A DNA stretch of 64,000 nucleotides from Basidiobolus meristosporus CBS 931.73 (Eukaryota; Fungi; Basidiobolomycota). The stretch covers positions 119,341 through 183,340 of the forward strand of contig MCFE01000075.1 in assembly GCA_002104905.1 (NCBI GenBank), given 5' to 3'. Each line of letters opens with the position of its first letter. Positions within the stretch are counted from its first letter, which is position 1. The notes beneath the pieces are model-generated. The model searched no databases. It saw only the letters and a list, made by a program, of their open reading frames with translations, and was not told the DNA's origin. The translations under genes and the position numbers were made by a program. This document shows positions 12,318 to 25,269 of this stretch, piece by piece.

Positions 12318-14576
12318 ATGGGTAGGTCTACACTCTCTTGCTATGGTGAAGTTGCCCAGACAAGTGCCGTTTGGGACCAACCAAACTGCAACTTCCGAAC
12401 ATCCAGAAAGAGAGTAGTAGAAGCAACCTCCGACAGTGGTTCGGAGCAATCTGATTCGGTTCGGGTGGTTAAAAAACCGAAGCGAATGAAACCCTCGCTG
12501 GACAAAGTTTCCCCGAACGCGACACCCAAGTCGAGCGCGCTCGACGTCGCGGTTTGGGCCAAGGCTTATCGTAAAGCGTTCCCAAATTTCCTCTTTTATT
12601 TCGACCAAATCGACGAGAATGTCAAGCAACAGCTTGCTCCCCAGATTCGGCGACTCGGTGGGGTGAGTGTCATAGGAAACTTTTTTGGGTCAGGCGGGCA
12701 GTGAGAAACTAACGTCTTGCTGTGTAGAGAATGGAGCCCTTCTTCTCGTCAAAGATCACCCATCTTATTACCTGTCAAAGCAAGTCCAATGAATCTCGGT
12801 ATATGAGCCCCAGTAAGTCGTCTCGAGCCTTCCCTATGTCCCCAACTGCATCCAAGGTAACCATGCACATTCGCCTCGGTGTTCTTCTCAGAAGCTAACC
12901 TTCCACAGACGTCCGTTGCCTCTGAATTGGCTCAGAAAGCCAGTAAATGGGGAATCAAAGTATGGACCACCCAGAGTAAGCACATCCCTCACCCAACATC
13001 ACTCCAACCACAACTCACACATCTCTAGAGCTTTTCAATGTTCTTCGCCACCTACTCAAGTCACCTATGAGCAGCCTTTCTCAGCCATCCAAGCCATTGA
13101 CCGACGTGCTGCGGGACGAGAAGATGTTTGGGATAAGCACACACTCGTCATTATCAACGAACTCTTCGAACGTTCATTTCCTCAAGCAGATCTACCTGTT
13201 GGTGGAAGATACAACGAAGGCGCACCGGCCCATAGCAGTACGGGAGTATTTCGGCGGCGGCGGTGGCATCACGTGGCCCAAGATATACCGCAACACCGAG
13301 GGGAAATGTCCGTTTATCAAATACGAAGAGGAGCCGAAATCCTCGAAAACCCCGCAGATCTCCAGCAGGCATCTGAACTCCAACACGGCTGCCACCCCAC
13401 AGCCAGCCACGCCCATTTCCATAGCCACCAAGCCGAGCCCCGTCATAGTGATTCCCAAGAAGCCTGGGTACTGTGAGAACTGCCAGGCCAAATTTGCTGA
13501 TCTGGAGGAGGTAGGCGTTGATTGGCACGCATGCCGGTGACCTGCTCGCTAATTATCCACCCATCTAGCACGTGCACTCCCCGATTCACTGCAAGTATGC
13601 CCTGGACAACAGCAGCTATGTTGAGCTTGATGCAATCCTGGAGTCTGTCACGCGCAAAGCTGCGCCAAGTCTCCCGGTGGAAAGTCCAGAGTCCGACTCG
13701 GAAAGCACAGTTTCCAGCATAGTGTCTGGCCCAGCCCAAGAGTACACCGACGTCTACCAGACAACCAACGATGAGGGTGATCTGAGCGATGAAGGCTATG
13801 CTTCCCTCAAAACCATCTCCGATAGCGAACCTACCGGGGACCAATCGGCCACTCAATACGACATCAAGGAGCCAACTCCCATTCTGGGTGACCACTCGGG
13901 ACCGACTGAAGATGATCCGAGGGTCTCATGCGACCATCAACAGCACCCCTTAGAAGGAACCCTCGCAGCTGAGGTCGAGAACTTCGATCTGGATCCGTAC
14001 TTCACCATGGAACAACCTCAGCTGTACAACCCACCACAACGGCATGACTTCCAGTCCACACAATTCGCCCCAGAATATATGGCTCAACCATTCCATGACC
14101 AACATTACGCTCAGACCGACTATACTCTTCACCAAGTCCCAACCCAGGAAGAAATCTATGCGGCGATTCGAGACTTCCAACAATATGTTCAAGGAGACGA
14201 GTGTGCAGTTCCCGCCCTCGAAGAGACTCTCTACCCGCCAAGTGTAGAGCCTACCTACGATGCACTATCCGCCAGAGAGGCACTCTACTGCCCCCAGGTC
14301 AATTACCAGCCCATGAGCGGATACCATGAACAGCCTTTGTCGTATGGCACGGGGAACGACTTTCTTCCCAACGGGGGATTCCTGAAGCCTAACCAACGCA
14401 TGAGCATACAAGAGCTACTGCTGACGGATGTCGGCTATTTCCTGAACAACGGCTATCCCACGACACCCCAAGTGGATACTTGGTACCCCGACAACAACAA
14501 CAACAACAACAATCATCATAATCACCAAGCCAGCTACCTCCACAGCTACGTGAACAGCCAGTTCTCTGTACCATAG
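12318..14576 (+). CDS. DBF4: Dbf4/Dfp1, regulatory subunit of Cdc7 kinase, multi-exon, with a long low-complexity C-terminal tail
   Basis: Motif N (W.KAYRKAFP.F.FYFD), motif M (YLLVED...HRPI..REY) and motif C zinc finger (KPGYCENC..KF.DLEE|HVHSPIH). Confidence 0.85.
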
Positions 14577-14782
14577 TATATGCCCCCTTTCCTTGTAGAT
14601 TTCCCTCACCTCCCGTATGGTTGTACTATTACGCAAATAAACCGATTCAATGAATGCGATGTTGAAACATGTGGAGATTTTATTCTAAGTAGTGATGGGA
14701 GAGGCAGGGGACCCAAATGGAGACAAATAGATGCGTGAGTCCAAGATATAGTATGCTGGGGAGAATCATGCGGTCGGTTCTT

Positions 14783-15484
14783 TCACAAGCGAACTCCGGA
14801 CTCGCGCACCTCGCGTTGACTCTCCAGTTTGGCCTTTCGGATGCTTGTCAAGTCGACCAGATCGAACAATCTCTTGGTTGGCTCATCCTTGTTGTAAGGG
14901 AGTTTGTCGTTACGGTCGTAGGTGATGCCCATGTACTTGCGATCAGGTCGCTTGGGATCGACATAGAACTGAACGTATCCGGGCTGCAGAGCGAAAAGGG
15001 TGTGGTCTTTACCGATGCCAACCTAAGAGGATTTACTACGTCAGGTCGTTGCTCAGCATGGTTCAGCCACAGCTAAGGAGAGAGATACTTACGTTCAAAC
15101 CAGCATGGAACTTGGTACCGCGTTGTCTGACAAGAATGTTACCGGGAACAACAAATTCACCTAAAGAAAGCCGGTCCAAGTTAGACTTGACCTATTCTGG
15201 GTTCACTACCGTTCGACGTAGACGTACCCCCGAATTTCTTCACTCCCAAACGTCTACCAGCGGAATCACGACCGTTCTTGGAGGAACCACCGGATCTCTT
15301 TGTAGCCCATCTGACTTGGATACCGCCTAATGTGCTAGAGGTTACAACAAATGCCAGGCCAAAAACCGCGCGTGCTATCCGCCGACTTACCAATGATACC
15401 GCCAAAACCAGGGTTCAGCCCCTTGGAAACGTTGGATAGAAGGCCGACAGAGCTGCGAGCTGTATTCAACAGGAAACCCGACAT
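14783..15484 (-). CDS. MRP7: Mitochondrial ribosomal protein bL27m, multi-exon
   Basis: [30 protein letters not shown] signature following an N-terminal presequence-like segment. Confidence 0.85.
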
Positions 15485-15771
15485 GTCAAATAGAGTAAAA
15501 CGGATAAGGTGTAGGGAAAACGAGCAAGTCTGGTTAGTGAACTCGGTCAAATGGAAAGAGCAATTTTTTTCCCGGATCGTACCTTGCCAAACCCCACCCC
15601 CACACGTTCGATCAATCTAATACCTAATTCCACCATGTCCAGGATGTTGCTTAAATTCATGGAAGATCGTCTAGTTTGGGCAGCTTTCTTGATGTTTCAA
15701 CTAGACTTTATTAAACACTACAAAACTTCACATCGTATGGAATTGCTTTTATATTATGCACAGATCAATCC

Positions 15772-18700
15772 TTAGTTCTTCTTTCTGAAAGAGCCAAAGC
15801 CAAACTTCTTCGAGTTTCCTTCACTAGCCTCACTGTTGATTGTTGCGGCGTCCAAGGGGATGCTCGAGTTCATTCCGCCCTCAGGAGTGAAGTCGATGCG
15901 GAGCTTGATGTGTCCCTTTTGAGGATTGTTCAGTGGGACGATAAACTCATCCGACATGACGTTGCTGGCAGGATGCACACGATCCCAAACATCCAATTCG
16001 AATTCACCCAAGGTGGAGTCTTGCAACAGGTTGTGGTCCCGCACCGAGAAGTGTAATCTGACGCGAGATCCGTTGGTAGGGAGGGTGAAATGCTCGTTCC
16101 ACACTGGCGTCAAGGTCTTTTTAATCACCTTGGTTTTGTGCAACACCTTCCTGCCCCATCTAACCTTGATATATGGATCGCATGCACTATTGCTGTCGGA
16201 TGCTGACACATTTTGTCCGTCCACCACTGTGATGGTTAGGGTCCCAGGCTGACCGGTAGATTCAGTTCCAAACGTTTCCGGCCCACTGTCCGCGGTAAAA
16301 TCACTGGCGGCCTCAGGAATGGAATCAACAGACTCGCCGGGAGTCACTGGTGTTGCCACCGTTTCAACAGGAATGCTGGTGACTGCTGGGGCCACGACGG
16401 GGCTAGGGTTGTTCACCTCAGGAGCGACGGGTGGGGCTACTTCTGCGCCATGCTCGGACTTCTTCTTTCCCATTCCAAAGAGTCCCATGGCACCACCCAC
16501 AACGGATTTACCTGCGCCTAGGGTACCACCAACAACAGATTTACCTGCACCGAGGGTACCACCGACAACAGATTTACCTGCACCGAGGGTACCGTCAACT
16601 ACTGACTTCCCAGCGCCTAAGGTTCCCCCAACAACGAATTTTCCAGCTTCGAAAGTTCCTCCGACTACTGACTTTCCAGCCCCAAGGGTACCGCCAACCA
16701 CGGTGGCAGCACCGCCTAGCGCAGCACCTCCAAGTGTTCCTTTACGGTCAGACAGCATTCGACCCACGTGCTCAGGAGTGAAGAGCAAGCGTAAGGTTAG
16801 GCTACCTTGGCCGGTGGTGAGTGGGAACTCCTTGGTGCACTCAACCATTGGCTCTAAATCCTTGGCATTGATTTGCAGACTGCCTAGGAGTTCTTGAGAT
16901 TGGAATTGGTTCCAATCAAAGATTTCGAACAAAAATACATCCTGGTTGCGTGCCATTAATGGTGCAGTGAATTCCTCATTAAACTCCGGATTCAAGTTCT
17001 TCTTGATGGTTTTCGATTTGAAAACCTTCTCATCATTCACCTTCACTCGGACGAAAGGATCGCTAAAGCCGCTAGAATCGACAGATGCCAGATTGCTGGC
17101 TTTGATGATCTTGACGGCAACCACACCCTTGTTGGTAATGCTTATTGCTTCATCGATCTCCATATCCACAGGAGTGAACTTGAACGCCAGTTGAATCTTT
17201 CCGGCGTGATTCTCAAATTCGTACCACGAGGATTCAGTGGAGTTGGATTTGGTTAGCAAGTCCAAAATGTCAGGTACAGGGATGGTTGTACGTGCAATCT
17301 CAGTACCACTTTCGTTGGCTTGACGGAGTAGCACGGAAATCTTGGTGAACAGGCTCTCCTGAACGAAGGCTTCGCATTCTTCGTTGAATATAGGGTCAGT
17401 GACCTTCTTCTTAACAGCCGTACGGTGAACGACATTATACTCGTTGTTGTTGATTAGAACTTCGGCAAAACAGGTATCCAACTGTTTCTTGGTTTCTTTG
17501 GTGCCTCCAATCAGAACCGACAACAACCCAGTGCTGAATCGGGTATAATCAATGGGCTCGGGTGCTGTTTCTTCCAACTTCTCCACAGCCGCAGTTTCGT
17601 TGATCTCTCCCTTGTCTGTCGTAACTTCTTCCTCGTGCTTCTCCTCAGAACGAGCAATTGGATCGATGGGGTAGAAATGAGCTTTGAAGTGAATAGTTCC
17701 GCGGTCCTTATTCTCCAACTGAATTACTTGCTCATATTCCTTGACTTCACCTTCACCGTAATAACCTTCGGCGACCTGAGGTCCCAGTAACTCGGAGACA
17801 TTAATCGAAGTGCTTCCCATCAATGTATCCTTTGAGTAATTATCCCAGTTGTACACCTCCAGGACAAATGTTTCCCTGGGGTTGCGTACTCCAATGAAGT
17901 GAGTTTCATTCCAGATGGGATTCAGGTTATCCTCAATGACTTCGGTTCGGGCCTTCTGCTTGTTGGCCACTGAAACGATCACGTAAGGATCGGCTTTCCC
18001 GATAAGATCGGTGTTCTTCAACTTCTTTGCGGAAATCAACTCCAGGCGGACTGCGCCGATCGGAGGAGCAAGTCGACCAGCCGACAAAACCCCTCCTTTG
18101 ATGACGACAGGTCTCCAAACAAAGGACATTCTAACCTTGCCGGATGAACCATTTAGATTGTACCACGGGTTCTCGCTGTTCCTCTCAATGGCCTCAGCCA
18201 GGGAAACGTTGAAATTGCCAATGACAGGATCGGTTGTGAATGCGCTCTCATCAAGAACATCCACACCAAAGACCGCGCTCTCCTTGTCACTGATAAACAT
18301 CTCGATACTCTTCTCCCACAAAGGATTACTCTTTTTCTTGATGACTTGAGTTTTAAGAATGCTGTTGTTGTTCAACTTAACAACACCATACGCATTACTG
18401 GAGGGGAGGTCCTTGGCTTGGTGGATGAACACCTTGAGAACACCACTGTTGGATTCCACAGGAGACTCTGTCCCATCTTCGTTTTTAATGGGCGGGACAA
18501 CGGGGAAATAGCTGACGTCATATAGCAATTCTCCGCACTGCTTGCCACCCTCTCGGATGACCTTCCCAAGGATATCAGATTGCTCGGGAGAATCGCTTAG
18601 AGATGACAAATCAAAGGAGACTGTACCCAAGCTGCGATCTTTCTGGACATCCTCTTTATCGTAAATCTCCAGGTTTAGTGCATCGGCAATGCTGTGTAGG

Positions 18701-20241
18701 AGGATATAATAGGTTTCGTCCCAAACTGGATTGACGGTATTATCTTTGACCGAGGTTCGGGCAAGCTCAGCGCGGCCATTGCATCGCAGAACAACGTAGG
18801 GATCGGACATACCAATCAGCTCTAGGTTTTTGAGATTCCTGGCACTACGAACGTTTACCTTCAAGACACCCACCGCAGCATCCATGTCTACACCACTCAT
18901 CAACTGCTCCACGTCAAGAGTGAATACGTTTGGTGCATACATCATCGGACCTAATATAGCATTGGTTTGATCCCTAATAAAGGTTTGCAAACCTGGGATG
19001 TGGGCAATATCGAAACCAAAGGTGTCGCCGCCAAGAGGTTTCAACACGTAATCAATAACTGGCGGCTCCATGAAACTCACATCTACAGTTTTGACGTGGG
19101 GGAAGGTACTCATCAGGTGGAGAGCGATTCTCATCCTTCCCTTGAAGGCAAAGTCTTCAACCAACACGGGCATACCAGCGCCAACGAATCCCTTGCCTAC
19201 GCGAATCTCCAGGCAAATCTTGGGGTTGGTCTTCTTCTCCAGCTCACGCTTGGTCAGATCCATAATGTCATTCGGAGTGAAAGAGAATTCCCACTCCATT
19301 TCTACTTTATCTTCGTCATCGTTGAGCAATGTTTTAACGGAATCCACTCTTGGAGCCTTGGTGCCCAAAGTGAAGTGAGAAAGGCGAAGAGAGTCCAAAA
19401 AGCCTGGGGTGTTTTCAGCCAGCACTCCATCGCCAATTTCCACCACGGTGGCCGAAAGGACTGGCTCGTAGATAAGCCAGAATTTACTGACAAAGCTGTT
19501 CAACCATTCGGTTGACTCGGCATCTTGGAACAGCTTGTTGGTAGCCAGCTGACGTGTGATATCATCACGGACATTACGACGATGACGCTGCACGGAGTTA
19601 GCATAATACTGTGTGCCAAAAGCGATCACGATCAAGCACCACCCAAAACCAAAGTACAAACGGGACACAAGGAAGCCACCCAATACTAAGGTGACGATGG
19701 CAATATAGTTCTGCCACTCTTGACCACTGTATTTACTTATGTAGTCTGCGTTAGACTCGCGCCAGCCAAGCACTGGGGGAGGAAGTTCTTTCTTAGGCTT
19801 GACGGCAGCTTTGCCCTCATTCACCTGAGCTGGCTTTGAAGATTCGGCTGCAAGGGGTGGTTTAGTTTCGGAATTTTTTTCGTTGCCCGTAGGTAGCGTG
19901 GCATCACTGATTAAAGTTTTGGCAGATGGGCCATCCAAGAGAGGATTGTTTACGGTTACGTCGGAGACGCCAGCGGCCTCTTTGGCTTTCCTTGCCTTCT
20001 CTTCCGGGGTGTCATGGGGATCAAACGTATGAACCGGCGCCTTAGAATCGGACATAATTTGATCAGCCTCCACGCGAGCCTCAGCTACGCGTTGCTCAGT
20101 AGAAACCTCGGGCTCCGTGGTGGCCTGGCTTACATCTTCAGCAGGTAGACTGGGGAGGACTTTCTCTGGTGCGTCCGCACTGGAGACTGGAGGGGTGGGT
20201 TGGATCGGCTGGTTCAGCTCAAGACCAGCTTCGTTTGACAT
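15772..20241 (-). CDS. TCB: Tricalbin (extended synaptotagmin), 1489 aa, single exon
   Basis: N-terminal TM hairpin, SMP domain (ESTEWLNSFVSKFW...FTLGTKAPRV) and multiple C2 domains (SDPYVV, ADPYVI, SDPFVRV, CDPYIKV). Confidence 0.95.
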   Translation of the reverse strand: MSNEAGLELNQPIQPTPPVSSADAPEKVLPSLPAEDVSQATTEPEVSTEQRVAEARVEADQIMSDSKAPVHTFDPHDTPEEKARKAKEAAGVSDVTVNNPLLDGPSAKTLISDATLPTGNEKNSETKPPLAAESSKPAQVNEGKAAVKPKKELPPPVLGWRESNADYISKYSGQEWQNYIAIVTLVLGGFLVSRLYFGFGWCLIVIAFGTQYYANSVQRHRRNVRDDITRQLATNKLFQDAESTEWLNSFVSKFWLIYEPVLSATVVEIGDGVLAENTPGFLDSLRLSHFTLGTKAPRVDSVKTLLNDDEDKVEMEWEFSFTPNDIMDLTKRELEKKTNPKICLEIRVGKGFVGAGMPVLVEDFAFKGRMRIALHLMSTFPHVKTVDVSFMEPPVIDYVLKPLGGDTFGFDIAHIPGLQTFIRDQTNAILGPMMYAPNVFTLDVEQLMSGVDMDAAVGVLKVNVRSARNLKNLELIGMSDPYVVLRCNGRAELARTSVKDNTVNPVWDETYYILLHSIADALNLEIYDKEDVQKDRSLGTVSFDLSSLSDSPEQSDILGKVIREGGKQCGELLYDVSYFPVVPPIKNEDGTESPVESNSGVLKVFIHQAKDLPSSNAYGVVKLNNNSILKTQVIKKKSNPLWEKSIEMFISDKESAVFGVDVLDESAFTTDPVIGNFNVSLAEAIERNSENPWYNLNGSSGKVRMSFVWRPVVIKGGVLSAGRLAPPIGAVRLELISAKKLKNTDLIGKADPYVIVSVANKQKARTEVIEDNLNPIWNETHFIGVRNPRETFVLEVYNWDNYSKDTLMGSTSINVSELLGPQVAEGYYGEGEVKEYEQVIQLENKDRGTIHFKAHFYPIDPIARSEEKHEEEVTTDKGEINETAAVEKLEETAPEPIDYTRFSTGLLSVLIGGTKETKKQLDTCFAEVLINNNEYNVVHRTAVKKKVTDPIFNEECEAFVQESLFTKISVLLRQANESGTEIARTTIPVPDILDLLTKSNSTESSWYEFENHAGKIQLAFKFTPVDMEIDEAISITNKGVVAVKIIKASNLASVDSSGFSDPFVRVKVNDEKVFKSKTIKKNLNPEFNEEFTAPLMARNQDVFLFEIFDWNQFQSQELLGSLQINAKDLEPMVECTKEFPLTTGQGSLTLRLLFTPEHVGRMLSDRKGTLGGAALGGAATVVGGTLGAGKSVVGGTFEAGKFVVGGTLGAGKSVVDGTLGAGKSVVGGTLGAGKSVVGGTLGAGKSVVGGAMGLFGMGKKKSEHGAEVAPPVAPEVNNPSPVVAPAVTSIPVETVATPVTPGESVDSIPEAASDFTADSGPETFGTESTGQPGTLTITVVDGQNVSASDSNSACDPYIKVRWGRKVLHKTKVIKKTLTPVWNEHFTLPTNGSRVRLHFSVRDHNLLQDSTLGEFELDVWDRVHPASNVMSDEFIVPLNNPQKGHIKLRIDFTPEGGMNSSIPLDAATINSEASEGNSKKFGFGSFRKKN
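16490..16710 (-). repeat. 33-bp coding tandem repeat encoding an 11-aa unit (VVGGTLGAGKS), about 6.5 copies
   Basis: Directly visible in the translation, between the last two C2 domains. Confidence 0.95.
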
Positions 20242-21390
20242 TGTTGAATCAAGTCAATAGATAATACTACCTAATGAGTGAAAGAGTGCAAGAAAAGAAA
20301 AAGGTCGACAACAGCTTATTAAAAGTGGAACAATTTATGCATTTCCAAATCAGGTACCGTGTGTTGCCGCGGGAGTACTTCGTCATCACACCCTATTTGT
20401 TGATCACGCCAATATTCCTTGGAGATATTCGTGGCTCAACTACCCAAAAATGCAGTATCGTGATCGCTTTTGTATACCTGTATGAGGTGTAGCCACTCAT
20501 ACCTAGTGGAAATACCAAGCAATACCCGTCAATTGACACCTTGGACAGTGTCATATGCAGCTGTAAGACTCCAATCCTTACCTTCTGCAAATGCCTTCAA
20601 ACATAGGTCAATCCAGCCTGATTGGTGTATCCAAGGAACGATAAAATATGTACTAGCTTTAAGAAGCATATCTAAGTGATCTGGGGTCTAATAATATCCA
20701 TACGAAGTTAAGTAGTCCATCTGGTTGTTATCCAACTAGGCACGCGCCACCAGTCTGCGTTGCAATGACCAATTGTGAGGGCACGAAATATGTTTAGTCT
20801 ATCACAGTAACAGAGGTGGAACCAAATTCGCCCATCTACGGCTTGGCGTAAAGAAAATTCCAGGTGTCCTCCAGCCAATTACGGATCTTTGCTCCGAGAA
20901 TCCTATTTCGCGACTCGTTGCTAAATAAATCGACCTAAATGTCTCGTATTTAAAATATGACGAACGTTCCCAATTAGCCATCGTTTAGTGAGCGGATTCA
21001 GTAAATTCGGATAATTATTTTATCTGGATGCATTCCATGATCTACGAACCCTAAGACTCCTTCCATATATAGATGATTATCATGCGGATTTGTATCAGGA
21101 TTCAGTCCAATCAACCGCGCGTGTTTGGAGAACTATTTTATTAGACAGCCCTCTCACTATTCTTTACGTGCGATATTCATCGACAATGACAGAGGAAATA
21201 TTATGAATAGCCTAGTCATATTGATTGTTAACGTGTTAAAATAAACCAATTAAATGTAAACAAACTTTAGGAACGAATAAATTGGATAATCCCGCCCTGC
21301 GGTAAAGAAAAAAAATTCGGCCTACAATGAATTTCATTAATTTGTTACGTTGGCAGACTTGACGTCTTGACTATACCTCGCTCAGTTGAA

Positions 21391-22714
21391 ATGTCTGTTC
21401 CTGGACCGGATCAACAACGCCCGGATTGGGCTATGTCTGAGGAGCACATCCTCGAAGAAATGAATAAAATCCCACTCTTTATGAATGATTTACCAGAGGA
21501 TTCGGAGGAGAATGCTACTTTGCTAGCTTTACAGTCCCTTGCTTATGACGGAACTGCAGAAGGTATATATCGATGATTTTACCGTGTCGTCAAATGGTAG
21601 ACTAACCCGGAAATCGCTCTCAGAGGTTGCTGAAAATTTCAAAAACCAAGGAAATGATTGTTTCAAAGAGGGAAAACACAAGTATCAAGATGCCATTAAA
21701 TTCTATACCCAGGCATTGGAAACCGATTGTGGGGACAAAGAGCTTATGGCTACATGTTATACCAACCGTGCCGCTGTCAATTTGGCACTTGGTAAGTATT
21801 TCACAGCTATTAATGGTTGGAATGGAGTATTGATTTTGTTTGTTTGGTATAGAGAATTACGGGCGTGTTTTGAATGATTGTGCTGCTGCACTTGGCATCA
21901 ACCCCCGTAACGTGAAAGCCCTCTATCGCTCCGCCAGAGCCCTATGTGCTTTAGAGAAGTATTTGGAAGCCATCGATTGTTGCGACTGGGCACTTAAGGT
22001 TTGTGTTTATTTGGGCGATAGTATAATTTATATGTATGGATCTAATATATTATCGAATGTATGGTATAGTTTGAGCCCAATAACAAGGCTGTCTTACAGG
22101 AGAAAGAGCTCTGTATCAAGAAGAAAGACGAGAAGGAGCAGAAAGAGTTAAGGAAACAGGAGCGTGAGCGAGTAGAAAGAGAACGCAAAGAAAAGATCGA
22201 TCAAGCTGTCAAGGTATATGGGGGGGGGTAACCATATATCCTGTGTGTCCTTTCTAAATCTAATCATATCTAGGCAAGGAATATTCAACTTGAATCAAAT
22301 CTCAAGATGGAGTATGAGTGGCAGAACGATTCTCCCCACACAGTTGTACTGAATGAAGAAACGAACCAACTGTCATGGCCAGTCTTCTTTTTGTATCCGG
22401 AATACAAGGAGAGTGACTTTATCGCTGCCTTCGATGAAACCAACACGTTCATGGATCATCTCGAGGTGATGTTGGAAGAACCAGCACAGTGGGATGTTTC
22501 CAGATCCTACAAGCCAAGCACTGTAGATATCTACTTTGAGTATCACCCCAAGAGCGCAACAAAGCCTGCTATTATCAAGGTAGGCAAAAAGTGCGCGTTG
22601 AAGGCAGTACTCAGTCACAGCAAATACATTGTTCAAAACGGTATCCCCTCCTTCATGGTTGTTCCCTCCTCAGGAAGCTTCCGGGAAGAATTTTTGGCCC
22701 GTTACAAGAACTAG
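21391..22714 (+). CDS. CNS1: TPR co-chaperone Cns1/TTC4, multi-exon
   Basis: E.NK.PLFM, LQSLAY.G, AENFKNQGN.CFK, NRAA.NL.L.NY, and C-terminal L.WPVFFLYPEY.ESDFI..F.E. Confidence 0.9.
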
Positions 22715-23138
22715 TTTTGCAGCTCTAGAGAATCTTCCTCAGCACTAGTTGAAGTCGATTGATTAGCTCATAAATAAAATAATTAATCACTCTATTTCTG
22801 AATGCTTGTATGCGCATATCTAAACCAAACATGTGATGAATAAGCCATGTAACATGGATGCATACAGCTAGTTTGCACATGAGGAAATTGGTTGTTTCCT
22901 AACCAAGTATTTCCACACAGTGCAGCAATGTACATTTAGATATAGCAATATACAACTTAACGAGTAAGATTAAAAATTATCCAGATCATTCGGATCTTTC
23001 TATAGGTGCGCACATTACTATATGGATCATTCCGAAGTCTATCACATGACCTATTGGGGTTTGCAATAGTCCATACCAAGTCTCGTTGTTCACACATTAA
23101 AATATCTCTTTCGCAACTTGGGCTAGTATTAAGTTAAG

Positions 23139-24937
23139 ATGGGCTGCGTACTTAGTTGCCTTTCGATGCAAATTTGCTCATGCTGCACCTCTGCTGCGTG
23201 CTCTTGTGCCTCTAAAGTGTTTAAAATTCAAGGCTCGATAGCCACCAGACTTTCCTATGCGGTAAGGACGATTTACCAACGACCTCAATTTTCCCAGTGC
23301 TCAACAGAATTTTGGTTAAATTTAGGCGATGTTCCTGATTTCTTCCTTGGTTAGTATTCGATTCAGCAAGTGTTTAACACTTTAGTAAATCCCTAACAGG
23401 ATTCTTATGAATGAATGTTTGTAGCTGTCATGGATCATGCTTAGTGACTGGGCAAGCAGCAAATACGAAGCTATCACTTACGGGTATTTAACCATCAATT
23501 GCCCAGACAACAATTGCTACAAAACCTATGCGGTAAGCTAGCTATTTCCTGAAGTCAAAGCACTTTATTTTTGTTTGCTGACTTATCGTTGCGATTTCAG
23601 ATCCATAGGATTTGCTTTGCTCTCTCCTTGTATCACTTGATTTTAAGTGCATTGGTATGGAACGTTAACGACAGCCGTGAGCCGCGCGCCACCATCCAGA
23701 ATGGGTCAGTTACACGGGGTATTATTCGCCACACCAAAATATTTACTGACTCTATGTTTATTTTCCTAGTTGGTGGGGACCTAAAGTATTTGTCTGGCTT
23801 CTCTTAACCGTGGTAGCGTTTTTCATTCCCAATCAATTCTTTGCCTTCTGGGGAAATTATATCGCCATCATCGGAGCGTCAATCTTCATTCTTGTACAGC
23901 TTGCACTTCTCGTCGATTTTGCACATAGTTGGAGCGAGTCATGCATCGACAAATGGGAAAATGACAGTAACGACAAGTGGAAGTACATCATTGTCGGTTC
24001 ATCTGTTGGAATGTATATCATCGTGCTGGTGTTAATCGGACTCATGTATGCCTACTTCGGGAGAAATGGCTGCGGCTTGAACCAATTCTACATCACGTTT
24101 AACTTGGTTCTCTGTGTTCTCATCACTTTCCTTTCGGTTCATCCACAAATCCAAGAAGCTAACAGCAAATCTGGACTGTCACAAGCTTCCATGGTTGCCA
24201 TCTATTGTAGTTGGTTGATTTTAAGTGCTGTGATGAATGAGCCAGGTGTAGGCCACTGTAATCCCATTCGTAGTGGGGCCCCTCGTCATACAGCAGTTCT
24301 TTTTGGCGCTCTCTTCACCATTGTGGCCATTGTATATTCCACATCCAGGGCCGCCACCCAAAGTAGCTCGCTTATCAGCCCTACCGATTATGACCCAGTT
24401 AACTCGGCTTCGGCGGTTCCATTGATCGACAGCCAGCCTGGAAGAAGCCAAGGAATGAAGTCAGAAGCGCTAATGGCCGCCATAGAAAGCGGGTAAGTTA
24501 AAGTGAATTTACTGGACCCCGAACCTATCGGAACGAAATATTGATCTTCAACACTTCCAGAGCTTTGCCTGCTTCCGCTCTAAACAGTGGGGAACATTCC
24601 GACGACGAAGATGAAGAATCAGCAACTGCTACAGATGACGAAAAGCACGGATGCCAGTACAACTATACATTCTTCCATGTCATCTTTGCCATTGGGGCTA
24701 TGTATGTGTCTATGTTGTTAACCAACTGGAATAGTATCAAGCAGGACGAGTATGTGATCATTGGTGCCAGCTGGCCCGCAGTCTGGGTTAAAGTGGTTTC
24801 CTCATGGATCTGCTTTATTCTGTACAGTTGGTCACTCCTCGGACCAATTCTATTGCCTGACAGGGTACAGTACTTTGATTTATGTGACCTCGCATTTAGC
24901 AACTAACCTTTGCATTGCCTCGTAGGATTGGAATTAA
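23139..24937 (+). CDS. TMS1: Serinc/TMS1 membrane protein, multi-exon
   Basis: Cys-rich N-terminus, IHRICFAL, LVQL.LLVDFAHSW.E, SGL.Q.SMV..Y, YNY.FFH.IF, W..VWVK..SSW.C. Confidence 0.92.
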
Positions 24938-25269
24938 TCCGGCTATCGCCCTCCCCCCAAATTAGTTCAGCCAGTCCCCATTTTTGTGTAATCTCCTATC
25001 GATACTAAATCCCCATGAAGCTCAATAAATCGCTAAATAATTCACCACAGTTGGTTGTAAGGTTGTACAGAGATTATTGGGTGACCCGACTCTAAGCCAC
25101 CTGGTAATGCGGAGAAGCTCAACTGACAGATAAATGGGCACTTTCTACAAGCCACGAACATGGGAGGTTTATTGAATTGGAAGCATGAAATGGGAATCAG
25201 AAATTCTTTGTACAGCACTTGAATCTAACTGTTGATGCATAGCAAAATGGTGAAATGATGCAAAGTAGC

